From: Felis catus
Lineage: Eukaryota
Assembly: GCF_018350175.1 (NCBI RefSeq)
Contig: NC_058368.1
Coordinates: forward strand, 107,696,001 to 107,760,000
Length of the DNA: 64,000 bases
Direction: 5' to 3'
The translations under genes were made by a program, and so were the position numbers. The notes beneath the pieces were generated by a model that saw only the letters and a program-made list of their open reading frames with translations, searched no databases and was not told where the DNA came from. Numbering within the stretch: position 1 is the stretch's first letter; each line of letters starts with the position of its first letter. Below are positions 1-12,812 of this stretch, piece after piece.

Positions 1-3000
1 GAGAAGGTATTGGTTTCAGGTCTCACATTTAAGTCTCTAATTGATTTTGAGTTTCCTTTAGAGTATGGTGTAAGAAATTGGTCCAGTTTCATTCCTTCAC
101 ATGTTGCTGTCCTGTTTTTCCAACACCGTTTTTTGAAGAGGTGGTCTTTTTCCTATTGGATATTACTTCCTCCTTTGTCAAAGACTGATTGACTGTATAA
201 ATGTGGGTTTATTTCTGGGCTTTCTACTCTGTTCTATTGATCTATGTGTCTGTATGTAAATACTATATTGTTTTGGTGATTACAGATTTGTAATTTAACT
301 TGAGGTCTGGAATTATGATACCTTTTGTTTTTCTATTTCAAGGACTGTATGGCTATTCAGCGTCTTTTGAGGTTCCATACAAATTTAAAATTATTCTAGT
401 TCTGTGAAAAATGCTATTGGTATTTTGATAGGGATTGCATCAAATCTGTAGTTGCTTCAGTAGTATAGACATTTTAATAACATTTGTTCTTCAAATCCAC
501 GAGCATGGAATGTCTTTCCATTTCTCTGTGTCCTCTTAAATTTCTTTCATAAGTGTTTCAGAGTACAGGTCTGTCACTTCTAAAGTTAAGTTTATTCCTA
601 GATATTTTATTGTTTTTGTTGCAATTGTAAATGGCATTGTTTTCATTTTTTAATTTTTTTTAATGTTTATTTTTGAAAGAGAGACAGAGACAGAGTGTGA
701 GCAGGGGAGGGGCAGGAGGAGAGGGAGACACAGAATCTGAAGCACACTCCAGGCTCCAAGCTGTCAGGACAGAGCCCAATGCAGGGATTGAAATCACTAA
801 CCGTGAGATCATGACCTGAGCCCAAGTCAAATGCTTAACCAACTGAGCCACCCAGGCACCCTGGGATTGTTTTCTTAATTTCACTTTCTGCTGCTTCATT
901 ATTGGTGTATAGGAATGCAACAGATTTCTGTATGTTGATTTTGTACCCTGCAGTTTTACTGAATTCATGTATCAGTTCTAGCAATTTTTTGGTGGAGTCT
1001 TGTGGGTTTTCTATATAGAGTATCATGTCATTGGCATATAGTGAGAGTTTTACTTCTTCCTTACCAATCTGGATGCCTTTCATTTCTTTGATTTCTCAGT
1101 TGACCTGTCCTTTGTTTAGTAGCATGTCATTTAGCCTCCATGTATGTGTGTTTTTTCTGGATTTTTTTCTTGTCGTTGATTTCTAATATAGCATTACGGT
1201 GAGAAAAGATGCATGGAATGACTTTGATCATTTTCAGTTTGTTGATACTTGGTTTGTGGCCTAATATGTGATCTCTTCTGGAGAGTGTACCATGTGCACT
1301 TGAAAAGAATGTGTATCCTGCTCTTTTAGGGTGGAATATTCTGAATATATCTGTTAAATCTGTGTGGTCCAGTGTGGCATTCAAAGCCACTGCTTCCTTG
1401 TTGACTTTCTGTTTGAATGATCTTATTACAATGAATTAATTTTTATATTTGTTATTAATTGTTTTATATATTTGGGTGCTCTCATATTGAATACATAAAT
1501 GTTTACAATAGTTATGTCTTCTTTTTGCATTGCCTCCTTTATTATTATATAATGTCCTTCTTTGTCTCTTATTACAGTCTATGTTTTAAAGTCTATTTTG
1601 TCTAATATTAGTATTGCTACCCTGGCTTTCTTTTGAGATCCATGTGCATGATAAAATGTTTCTCCATCTCTTCACTTTCAGTCTGCATGTATCATTAGGT
1701 CTGAAATGAGTCTCTAGTAGGCAAATATGATGGATCCATTTTTTAGTCCACTTGGTCACTTATCAATTGTAGCATTTAGTCCATTTACATTCAAAGTAAT
1801 TATTGACAGGTATGTATTTATTGCCATTTTATTATTGTTTTGCTGTTGTTTTTGTAGTTTTTCTCTGGTCCTTTCTTCTCTTACTCTTTTTCAGGGTTTC
1901 TTGGGTTTCTTTAGTGATACACTTGGATTCCTTTCTCTTTATTCTTTGCCTATTACTAGATTTTGGTTTGTGCTTACCATTAGGTTTATATGTAACATCT
2001 GCATAAAGCAGTCTATATCAAGTTGATGGTCACTTAAATTTGAACCCATTATTTACTCATCTCCCCCCACCATGTTGTAGGTATATGGTGTCGTATTATA
2101 TATCCTTTTATTTTATCAATCCCTTGACTGATTTTTACAAAAATACTTATTTTTACTGCTTTTGTGGGTTTTTTCCTTTTATACTCTCACTTATGGTCTT
2201 TCCTTTCCACTCAAAGTGACCCCTTTAATATTTCTTGAGTTGTCATGAACTCCTTTAGCTTTTGTCTGTGTGAGAAATTTTATGTCTCCTATTCTGAATG
2301 ATAGCCATGCTAGACAGACTATTCTTAGATACAGAGTTTTCCCTTTTAGTACTTCAAATATATCTTGCCACTCCCTTCTTGACTGCAGAGTTCTGCTGAA
2401 AAGTCCACTGATATCCTTAAAGGGTTTTCCTTGTATGTCACTCTCTACTTTTTTCTTGCTGCTTTAAAGTGTTTTCTTTTTTATCACTCCTTTTTGCCAT
2501 TTTAATTAGTAGGTGTCTTGATATGGATTTCCTTGGTTTGATTTTGGAGCGGAATCTCTTTGCCTCCTGGATCTGGATATCTGTTTTCTTCCCAATTCAG
2601 GAAGTTTTCAGCTATTGTTTCTTCACATACATTTTCTTTCCCCTTTTTTCTCCTTTTCTTCTGGGATTTCTGTAATAATATTTTTTTTACACTTGGTGGA
2701 GTCATTGAACTCCCTAAGACTATTCTCAGTTTGCACAGTTTTGTTTTGTTTTTTTCCTCTCATTTGGTCATCTTGGTTACTTTCCACTACTGTGTCTTCC
2801 AGGTTACTAATTTGTTCCTCTGCTTCCTGTAGCCTTCTATTTATTCCATCAAGTGTATTTTTTTTATTACATTCATTGTGTTCTTCATCTCTGAGTGGTT
2901 GTTTTTTTTATCTCTTTATTTAGAGTCTCATTGATGTCCTCCCCTCTTCTCTCAGGTCCAATGAGTAGTTTATGATCATTACTTTAAATTTTCTATCAGG

Positions 3001-4262
3001 CATGTTACTTATATCCATTTGGCTTAGGCCTCTTGCTGTGGTTTATTCCTGTTCTTTCATTTAGGACATATTCCTCTGTGTCCTTGTTTTGTCTAAGTCT
3101 CTGTGTATGTTTCTGTGTGTTAGGAAAGTCAGTTATGTCTCTTGCTCTTGAATGTAATAGCATTATGAAGAAGGGGTCCTGTAGTGTCTTGCAATACAAG
3201 GTCACCTGCACCTCAGAACCTGGCACTTTAGGGAGTGTCTCCTATATGTGTTGTTGTATGTGCCCTGCTGTAGAGTCCTGGCTTCTTTTTCCTTCAGTCC
3301 ACTCATCTGTAGAGGCTTTCTTTGCCTGTTGTGGGCAATGTTTGTTTCCCAGTCAGATTGGGTATATTTTCACAAGGTGTGCACTGGTCTGACTGCAAAA
3401 TGAGACCTGCCACCACCACCTTCAGAACTAAGGCCTGGCGAAAAAGCATGGGTGGGGAGATGTGGTGCTGAAGGTTTGCACCAGTCTTCTGGGAGAGGGG
3501 CCCTGCAGCAGCAGGACTGAGGCAAGTGTGACTGGGAAGGGCGGTTCTGCCAAAGCACAGGCTGGGGCTTAGTGTAAGCAAGTTAGGTAGCGAGCATTTG
3601 GCATAGTGCTGGTTCTAGCTGGTGGCTGTGTGTTTATGCTGAGGGGCAGAAGAAGGAAATGGCACAAGCTCTCTCCTTTGTTCCCATGGAATTCTCCTTG
3701 TGAATCCTGTCTCTCTGGACCACACTCTAAGATGAGTAAATAAGTCTCCCTTGAGTGTGTCTTAGGCATTTTTCAAACTGCTGGTTCTATGTTACATCTG
3801 CATGGGCTGTTTTAATACTGTCTGTTTCAGGGCAAGGACTCAGTTTCCTAATGCCCTCCAAGCTCTTCCGTAGCCAAGCCTGCTGATTTTTTAAATTCTA
3901 GGCTTTAAGTTACTCTTTGTAGGAACTCATGACATTCACCCCTTTCACTTCGAAAGCCAAGTGTTATGGGGATTCATCTTCCCCATGGGATCTTGGGTGT
4001 AATAGTCTGTTTCTCACCCTTGTCTGTGATCCGAGCTCTGTCCTGACCGCTGTTGATCACTGTTATTTTGCTCCCAAACCATGTCTCCATCCTTCTTACC
4101 TTCTTCTTTGTGGCATTTTCTCTACCTTTAGTTTTGGAGTTTGTTCTCCCAGTCTTTGGGTTATTTTTCAGGTTATTTACACTGATGTCAGTATTATCTA
4201 GTTGTATCCATGGGAGGATGCAAGCTTAGGGTCCTCCTATTCTGCCACCTTCCCAGCTTTCT
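1..4262 (-). mobile_element. LINE-1 (older carnivore L1) with intact 5' end: 5'UTR ~3100-4262, ORF1 remnant ~2200-3100, ORF2 remnant 1-~1810; runs off the window start
   Basis: Minus-strand ORF pieces match L1 ORF2 RT (835-1083 [26 protein letters not shown]), endonuclease (1127-1390 DLTDIFRIFHPKRAGYTFFSSAHGT) and ORF1 (2502-2705 EETIAENFLN); decayed YY1-like 5' motif (rc GGGAAGGTGGCAGA) at ~4241-4254; many stops and frameshifts. Confidence 0.93.
645..861 (-). mobile_element. Carnivore SINE (SINEC) inserted in L1 ORF2
   Basis: tRNA-like head, (CT)n segment, A-tail; TSD tggcattgttttc (632-644) / tgggattgttttc (862-874). Confidence 0.95.
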
Positions 4263-5299
4263 AGAATCCACTAGGAATTTTTATAATACAACACAAATGA
4301 CACTATAAAGTTTATACAGCCCCTTTTTCATTCAAATGTAATGTTTGGCTTTTGTTGTTAATTTGTGTTTTCTAAAGGTTTTTGCTGTTTGGGAGTAATT
4401 TGGGATAATGCCAAATCTCTAATATTTATGAGCTGAGAAATTAGAATTAGGTTAACATTTTTATCATTATACATTCAGTGTTTTAGTTCACATTTTGCAA
4501 AATATTTAGTCATTGAAGTAGTGACAAACTTATTTGGAGAGAGAGAGAGCTCCCAGGGCTTACTATATAACATATTCTTTCTTTGGGCTGATCTGCATAT
4601 TGAAGGTTAAAGATAGGACCCTGACAATTAGAATTACTTTTTGAAAATCGAATATGGCATTTGTTTATTGAATTATTTTAATTCTCCTTTGTATGTATAA
4701 GAAAAGTTACAAAGCTTTTAGTGTATTAAAACTTCTTAATCTGAACCTTGAAAATGCACTTAAAGTATTTGCATACCACAAACCATGTTGTTTCATAAAA
4801 TGCTTCATTCAAGTTATAGCAGCCCAGGGAAACAGTGACTTGTTACACTGCATTAGAATGACAGGAAAGTATCTAAGAAATGCCCTGATAAAAGATTAGT
4901 ATGCCAAGGTTTAGTCAGTGTTAATATGAAAAAGATGACATTGGCAAAAAGTAAAATGTCAGACTTTGGGAAATGCTTTCAATACTGAGGCTGCTGTGCC
5001 TTTGATTTTATTTTCTAGGTCATTGTTTCCCGAGCTAGATGCTGAACCCCCATTGGGACTGTGAAGATATTGTGAATGTTTTTGGTGATCAGAGCAGAAG
5101 AGATCCAACAGTGGTAGGTAGCAGTGAGAGACTGCAGGCAATTATATAAATGAACCAGATGCCCTCTCTCCTTGGGCCCTCTCTCAGTAGCTCCACATCA
5201 ACATGCTTTCTTCTAGTCTTTTCAGATCTAATGCCTTGCTGAAAGAGGGATGAGTACTGGTAACTTTCTCCCTTTTTTTTGCTTTCCTTAATAATTATA

Positions 5300-5535
5300 G
5301 CTAATGACTATTGAACAATTACTTTGTGTCATGAGACAATGTAGTGTGTGTACATTAAATAGATTATTTCATTTAAACCTCAGCATAATTCTGCGAGACA
5401 TACTATTTTTTTTTCCTCCAGCTCATAAATGAAGAAGCTGAGGCTTGGGGAGTTTTAGTGATTTCAAAGTCAGTCAGCTAAAAAGAGATGCTGCAGATTT
5501 TGAACACAGGAAGCCTGAATGCAGGACCCCCAGTC
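5300..5535 (-). mobile_element. MIR SINE remnant
   Basis: Resembles MIR core: gctaatgactattgaac...ataaatgaagaagctgaggct...tttgaacacagg. Confidence 0.6.
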
Positions 5536-5783
5536 TTTTCTCTCTATTCTCCTTTTGTTTTCTTTATTGAATCTTGTTGGATGAAATGACTTAAGAACTT
5601 TTTCTCTATCATTAGGAACTAGGCTTAGGATGTGGAGTAAGCCACCTCACTGGAGCAACTCAGAATATTCTGAGCTTTTTCAAACAGCAAAATGTTTCCT
5701 ACAGAGATTAAGAAATGTCCTTTGGAATCTTCAATCTCTGATTGACAATTACTTTCTCTAAGGAGAGAAGGAAAAATTATTTT

Positions 5784-6032
5784 TTTTTTATTTTTTTATT
5801 TTATTTTTTTGTTTTTAAATTTTTTTTTTCAACGTTTATTTATTTTTGGGACAGAGAGAGACAGAGCATGAACGGGGGAGGGGCAGAGAGAGAGGGAGAC
5901 GCAGAATCGGAAACAGGCTCCAGGCTCCGAGCCATCAGCCCAGAGCCCGACGCGGGGCTCGAACTCACGGACCGCGAGATCGTGACCTGGCTGAAGTCGG
6001 ACGCTTAACCGACTGCGCCACCCAGGCGCCCC
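5784..6032 (-). mobile_element. Young feline SINE (SINEC_Fc-type)
   Basis: CpG-rich, near-identical to copies at 15380, 22891 and 47194; long T tract; TSD gaaaaattatttt (5771-5783 / 6034-6046). Confidence 0.97.
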
Positions 6033-7329
6033 AGAAAAATTATTTTAAAGATGCAGCTGATATGGGAAGGACATAGAGATTGATAAAAGTTGAGGAACCT
6101 TATTAGTTAATTCTCTAGCTCCTCGGACTGCTTTGACTTAGTTAAATATTTTGAGTGATGATGAATCACTGCATAAGAATTTTTTAGTCTTTTTGATAAA
6201 GATTCTAAAGTGTCCCCCTTTCACTTTTTCTTTGTTTCCTTCTGCTATATCCTGCTTCTGATGAAGAAAACTGTGTTAATACTGTCGTCATTGGGGAGAA
6301 TTAAGGGACACATTTAGCAACTGAATTCTTCCAAATGAATTCCAAACTTAATAGAAATGGGATTTCTTGTTATGATGGCAAAAAGAATTGGGGCATTTTC
6401 TTCCACAAACAATTTTTTTTAAAAACCGGACATTATTACTACAGACAATTAGTTGAAGGCACTGGACAGTGTCCAAAGGCAGACAGAAAAATGAATAAAA
6501 AAATACTCTTGAAAGATTGCTCTTGCATTGGTTGAGAGCTGCAAGCTTGTGACTTTCTAAGCTAGGGTGTTCTCTAAACCCAACTCTGGCACAAGAAAAC
6601 CTCAGCCTTGCTAGTGTGAATAGGGAAGTATTCAAGTTCAGAGCCACAGAAACACTGGTAAGTTATGGAGGGATTTCAGAAGGGAGAAGACCAAATTTAC
6701 GTAACAAACTGTTGAACTTTTCCCGTCAAATAAGCTTTAGAGCTGTCTTCCTACTGATTCTCTCACTGCTCTGAGATAGCCTGTAATCTCATATATTGTG
6801 CTTATATTACCTGTTTTTTAAAACTGGAATTTATTTGAAAAGCAATGTATAGGTTGGCATATTTAGCACACAGCAGACATATGAGGCCTTTATGTTTAAC
6901 TTTGATGGTGCAGAAGCCTTCCTTTGGGAGACAAAGGCTATAAAGAGTATGGAGGGGAAAAAAACAGATAAATTCTTTGAAAGAAAAACTTGCCTTTGAT
7001 CATTGTTACTGTACTTCTGGTTGTTCATATGGGAAATAACCCATTGGATACCCAAGTGTTATGACCCATTAATTCGGATAACCCCAGGAGCAAACTGAGG
7101 TGACACATGTGTTCAGGATAGATCAGTGGCTTGGGAGACTAAAATGTTTATTGGATCTGCATCAGTTTGGGAGTATTCTCCACATTTAGATACACCTGGG
7201 AAAGGAGGAAAATAAAGATCTAGCCTGGCCTGGGTTCTTAACTCACCCTCTGCACACCATGGCCATCAGTTTGACTTGATCTACACACATATCACTCTAG
7301 TGGAGACTAATTCAATCTCCTTGGGTGAC

Positions 7330-7822
7330 TGTATTAGTTAAGGTTCTTCAGAGAAATAGAACCAATCAGATAATATACATATATAAAGAGATGAAATATA
7401 AAGAATTGGCTCATGCAGTTGTGGAGGCTAGGAAGTCTCAAGAGCTGCAATTAGCAAACTGGAGACCAAGGAGAGCCAATGGTATAGTTCTAGTCTGAGT
7501 CTAAAGGCCTAAGAATCAGGACAGCACATAGTGTAAGTTGTAGTCCAAGGCTAGATATGAAAGCAGAAGAGCAACGTCCCAGTGTAAAGACCATTAGAAA
7601 GCGAAAATTCTTTCTTACTCAACCTTTTTATTGTGTTCAGGCTTTCCATGAATTGGATGAGGCCCATTCACTCTGGAGAGGGCATTCTGCTTTACTCAGT
7701 CTACTGATTCACATGTTAATCTCATCCAAAACACTTTCTCACAATCATCCAGAATAATGTTTAACACAATATCTCGGTACCCCATGGTCCAGTCAAGTTG
7801 ACATAGAAAATTGACCATCACG
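7330..7822 (-). mobile_element. MLT2-family (ERVL) solo LTR
   Basis: Ends tgtattagttaaggttcttcagagaaatagaacc and cagtcaagttgacatagaaaattgaccatcac match MLT2 termini; 5-bp TSD GTGAC at 7325-7329 and 7823-7827. Confidence 0.88.
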
Positions 7823-8261
7823 GTGACTCATTGGACTAGGTCTATCCGGTTAATTTCTTTGGCCAAAGAACCAAACTTGGTTAGAAAAGCACATCTCATA
7901 ACCTCATGTTTCTGGTGGGGCATAGGTTGGTCTGGGCCAAATTCTTGTTACCTAAATATTCATTAACTACTATAGTGAGGATATTACAATGCCACCCAGG
8001 CAAAAATAGAAACTGGTTAGCATTCCTAGGTAATACTTGGCCAAAAGAAATAAATCTTACAGAGAAATGCCTTGAGCATGTTAAAATCTAGCTGGAGAAA
8101 TCCCAAGCTGACGATTAACACAGGTCAGCCTTGATGAAGGCCATAATAAAGAAGAAGAAGAAGAGTGCTATGAGAGTAAAGGGTAAGGGATAGGGAAAGG
8201 TATTTTAGTTGTGTCTTAAATTTTTTCGTCATTTATATTCACCTTTGCTTATTTGGGGGCA

Positions 8262-8395
8262 CTTTTTTTTTTAGTGTGGTATAATCCACATACCGTAAAA
8301 CCTACCATTTCATATTATATAATTCAGTGATTTTTCAGTATATTGATACGGTTTTGCAACCACACGATTATCTAATGCCAGAAAATTTTTTTCGC
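8262..8395 (-). mobile_element. Short 3'-end fragment of old L1 (L1MB/MC-like)
   Basis: Poly-T then ggtataatccacataccgtaaaa...aattcagtgatttttcagtatatt...ttttgcaaccac, typical of old L1 3' termini. Confidence 0.65.
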
Positions 8396-8400
8396 CATCA

Positions 8401-8990
8401 GGGCTTCTTTTTGCAACACATGATGTTTTTTTTGAATTTCACCATCATATGCAAATCTAAAGGCCTATACAAATGCTATAGCTTGAATTTATTGGTGACA
8501 TATGTTGACTCATCAATGTAGACGGAGAAGTTGCTTTTTAATTTGTTCCACGAAACCTCTTGCTTCATATGGAATGTCATCAATAAGTCATTATTTGAGA
8601 ATGAAACCTTATCAATTTCTCATACTGCATCTTTGCCCTAACATTTTTACTATAGTTTCACGTTGTTATTCTTACGTTCCCATCAACTGTGTTATTTTTC
8701 CTTTTTTGGGAAGCAAGTTCTATTACTGAATAAGTTGTTTCCTAAGCCTTTTTACTAAAGCTTTAGTCTATTTTGGGATTCCAATTGCCATTTAAAATAA
8801 TCAACATCTTCACTTGTTAAATGGATGTTATTTGTGGTTCAGTGTTGTCTCAATTTTGCTGGAGCTATCATAGCAGTTGAAAACTCTTTGTACCAGACTA
8901 CATGCAAGGGAAAATCAACTTGGATTACCAGCCCATTTAAAATCCATTGATAAGTATCTTTCATTATAGAAATGGATTTGGTTTTTGTCT
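8401..8990 (-). pseudogene. Decayed hAT/Charlie-family DNA transposase, N-terminal half
   Basis: Manual minus-strand translation across frameshifts gives YNERYLSMDFKWAGNPS / IAPAKLRQH*TTNNIHLTSEDVDYFKWQLESQN / FSVYIDEST / FRFAYDGEIQK, resembling the BED-finger region and DEST motif of Charlie/Buster (ZBED5/SCAND3-like) transposases. Confidence 0.8.
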
Positions 8991-9769
8991 GTGTCTCTTG
9001 TTGCACTAGGACAGTAAAATGACTCAGATTATAAAATAATTATTTATCCCTAACCATATCAGAATTGTCTATAGACCTAAGCCTAGAAATCTCCGTTTTC
9101 ATCTCAAAGCTTGGCTCCAAAATTCATCACATTGCATTGTCATACATGTCTGCAAAACACACACAAGTGCTATATAAAACAGAAGGGTATAATAAATAAC
9201 CAAGCATTAAATTTTCAAAACATATAACATGATGGTACAATTTACTTGTAGTTGACCAAATCTGTGCTTCGCAGTGTTTGCACTTGCGAGGTATCAAGGA
9301 GAGAGTTCTACCATCACATTTACAAATTCCTTCCTTAGGGTAAGATTTCCCTTTGATTCTCTATTATGCTAGCAGTAATTGTTGGCATTTGGCAAAGGGA
9401 GGCTGGGGGAGGTGATGTGAGGCAGAGGCTGTCATCATTCTGCTGTCCTCCCTGTGTGCCATACCCACTGTTTATTATTGAACATCCCTTTCTTGCATCA
9501 ATACCTGAAAAGAACCCAAATAAATCTTGTCTTACTAATTTCTAATACTGTTATAATCTATTTGCTTAATATTCAATGCTGATAACTTTGAGCCACTATC
9601 AGTAGGAGATACATCTTGAATTATTTTTCTGCTGGTGCTCTGTTGCTCAGCTCTCTTGCCTTGTAAGTTGTGTGCTCAGTGGTATTTGATGTAGAGGGAG
9701 TCATTGGGCTGCTGAGGCAAAGGTCAGATGAGCAGAAGCCTCCTTGCCTGGTACTAACCTCCCTTTAGT

Positions 9770-9930
9770 ACTTACCAACTCTAATTGCCTGTTTACTTGT
9801 CTGTTTTCCCCACTGAATTGGATGTTCCACGAAGGAAAGTCTTTTTTTTTCTTACTTACTATTAATTCCCTGTTATGTAACACCCTGTAAAAGGCAAATG
9901 TTTCCTAAGTGTTTACATCTTGAGTGAATG
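9770..9930 (+). mobile_element. L2 3'-end remnant
   Basis: tgtttacttgtctgttttccccactgaattggatgttccacgaagg...tgagtgaatg resembles the L2 tail. Confidence 0.5.
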
Positions 9931-12812
9931 CTGAACTCCCTAAAACATCTTGTATCCTCCTGCTTCATACTTATTTGTGAAGACAACTAAACTCTAGCAG
10001 AATGTTCATAGCATTCTTATTTTAATAGCAGCAAACCCCAAAAGGCACTGAACTAGAGCCTAACTCAAAAACATATTAAAGTCCCACTCTATCGATGGCA
10101 GAATCAATGTGATTTTTTCTGGCGAAACAGAAACAACTCAAGTAACAGTGTTTTTTGTGTGTGTGTTTTGGCCCATGGGCTACAAACAAATGAAAAGTAA
10201 TTTTATCCCAGCTATGCAATCACCTTTGAGGAATTTCAGAGCCAGTGGTGTCTTGAATTACTGAAAATACCTCAACTCTGCTGTTTCCTTAAGACATACA
10301 TCTGTAGACTATGCTCTGCCGATGGGGATTATTTAGTTATTTGTGATGATGCATCATAGGAAGGGCACAGAATGTTGTCCTTCTCTTGCCTCAGACTCTA
10401 GGGATATTTGCAGGAAATTAGATACTTTACTTTTGAGAAAATTCATTGGCTCTAGTTATTTGTTTCCTAGTTCAAAGCATTCCTTTGCTTCGGCCATGGG
10501 ATATTAGGGAAATTCCCAGGACATTTTTTTGTTTTAATCAGAGCTACCCTGTTGTCTTTTATTCTCAAGAGCAGCAAGTATGCCATGGAGGTGACATTTA
10601 AGAGCCAGTTGACCCTTTCCTTGTCCTTATATTAACACATGTCACCTGACAGTGGCACACTGCAATTTAACAGCTATATTTAGTAAAACTGAGCCCCTTT
10701 GTTTTCCTTCATCTTTCTGATGCCTTCCAGATCAGATTCCTAATAAAGTCATCATTTCTTTCTTGTAAGTCTCTATTACCATTCCTTTTCCAGTATTTCT
10801 TGTTTCCATTTCTTGTGGTAATTACCTTTCAGACTCACTTTCTCTACTTTGATACGGTATTCTCTTTTTTAGACCCTTTTGGGTTTTTTTCCCGCTACCT
10901 TTTGGATTTTTCCTTTTCAGACTCATACTGTGCATAAACTCTTCAGGTCAAGATGACCTACTTCTCACTGAGCTCTTGTTTAAGATCCACTTGACTGAGA
11001 ATCTCTTCCTGAACTACATTACACCAAGATTATGTGGATGACCAGAAAAAAACATTATCTGAACTTCAGAATTTTTTAAAAGGTCTACTGTGGCTATTTA
11101 TGTTCCCTGAAGTTGCTCACCGTTTGCTAAACCATCTTCTTAACTCTGTGTGAACTTGGCCTCCCTCAGAATGGTATGACAAATGAGAGGGAAGGAATAA
11201 CTCATCTTTCCTCTTATATCAAAAATGAAGTGAATAATCCTTAAGAAATGTCACAACATAGCTATTATGAATAACACCACTTTACAGTTGAGATAACCAA
11301 GTTCTAGAAAGAAGGTTAATCTCCAGTCTACATAGCTAACAAAGGAGGAAGGACCCAGGATTCCAAACCAGATAATAGAATTTCCAGTCTGAAGCTCTGC
11401 CTGTTAAATGTGATTTGATCTCAGGGTTAGGTTTAAAATGAGTACATTTTCCAGTGTTCTAGTTTTAGAAATAATTGGGAGAGGAGGTGGGGAAAGAAGT
11501 AAGTTACATAATAATATATGAAGATCTTGTTAAATATTAATCGGGTCTTACTGAGGGCCAGCAATCTTATAAAAGATGGGGATATGTCAGGGGTTAGAGT
11601 AGCCTTGCTCATTATTGTAGTTTCCATTCATAAGAAAGTATGAGATAATGGTCAGAGCTATGAGGGGAAAAAAGACAGATGATTTGATTTTAACTGCGGA
11701 GTGATGCTGTCTTAGATGGGGAGCCTGGGAAAGCTTCTCAGAGGAGGCGACATTAGAACTGAGAATGGAATAGTTCACATTCTATTCTTTAATCTTAACA
11801 GTTAGAAATAAAGGTTTCAAAATGTATCAAAAATTTAAAAATAGTATGGAATCCTTCCAAAACCAAAACAAAACACACAAGCAAACAAAACCTAAGTGAG
11901 GCATCCTCTTATTAAACCCCAGTTAAAGAGAGAAAAACAACTTCCAAGTCTCTTTTCTCTCTAAAGTTTTTCCTTCTCTCTCTCTCTTCCTTTTTTCAGG
12001 GTAAAGATCCAAAGTCATATATTTACACTGACTTTAATAAAGCAAAATACATTTATTTTTCCCTTTTATTTTTATCGAGTTACATATATACAGAGTTTAG
12101 AAAGTCAAATAGTTCCGAAAAAGCTTACAAGGAAAAAGAACTATCTTCGGTTAAACTCATCGTCACCTGCGGTTTCTACATCTCAGAGACAACCACTTTC
12201 AATCTGTGCTATTTTCTCAGGCTTCAAAATAACAGATTTACATAGTTCCTAGACTTTTCAGCTTTCTATGTCATGTATTGATGTATTCTATTGAAACTAA
12301 TATTTTAATGTTCTTATTTTCTCCTCCCACGTCCTCTCTCTCACTATCTTTTAAAACCAGTTATACCATCAGTTTTAATTAGATCAGTTTAGATCATTTA
12401 ATCGATGTAGATCCATCAGATCTCTTATCACTTAGATCATTAGAGTTAATGGCTCTGTGTTTATATTATGATGGGGAATGACAAGAGCCATGTAGCTAAC
12501 TGTCATTACATTTCCTTTTGTCTTCCTAAGTGTTAATGATTGACCTGTTTTAAATTTTAATTTGTTTTCTACCTGTGTATCATTAATTCATTCCCAAACT
12601 CTTCCTCAGAACTATAAATCTCCTTTCAAACATTCAAATGCATTAAGTAGTCTATCCATTTCAAATTTTTCTTGGATATCTTTCTCCTTGAGCCCTGCAT
12701 TCTCTTGTTCTAATCTGAATTGTTTGATTTCTCATCATTCTGAGACTCCATTTTCCTATTTTTTTAATGGGGAGCTGTGTATCTTAGATTTCATGTTTTC
12801 CTTTCTCTTGGG

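Noticed and set aside
5742..6076. Recurrent ORFs such as MNGGGAEREGD... and MAQSV...AQVMIS at many positions
   Set aside because: These are translations of SINE bodies, not genes
9040..9180. Plus-strand reading resembling a Charlie transposase C-terminus, implying an internal inversion
   Set aside because: Requires two assumed frameshifts and weak similarity; could equally be the 5' part of the minus-strand element
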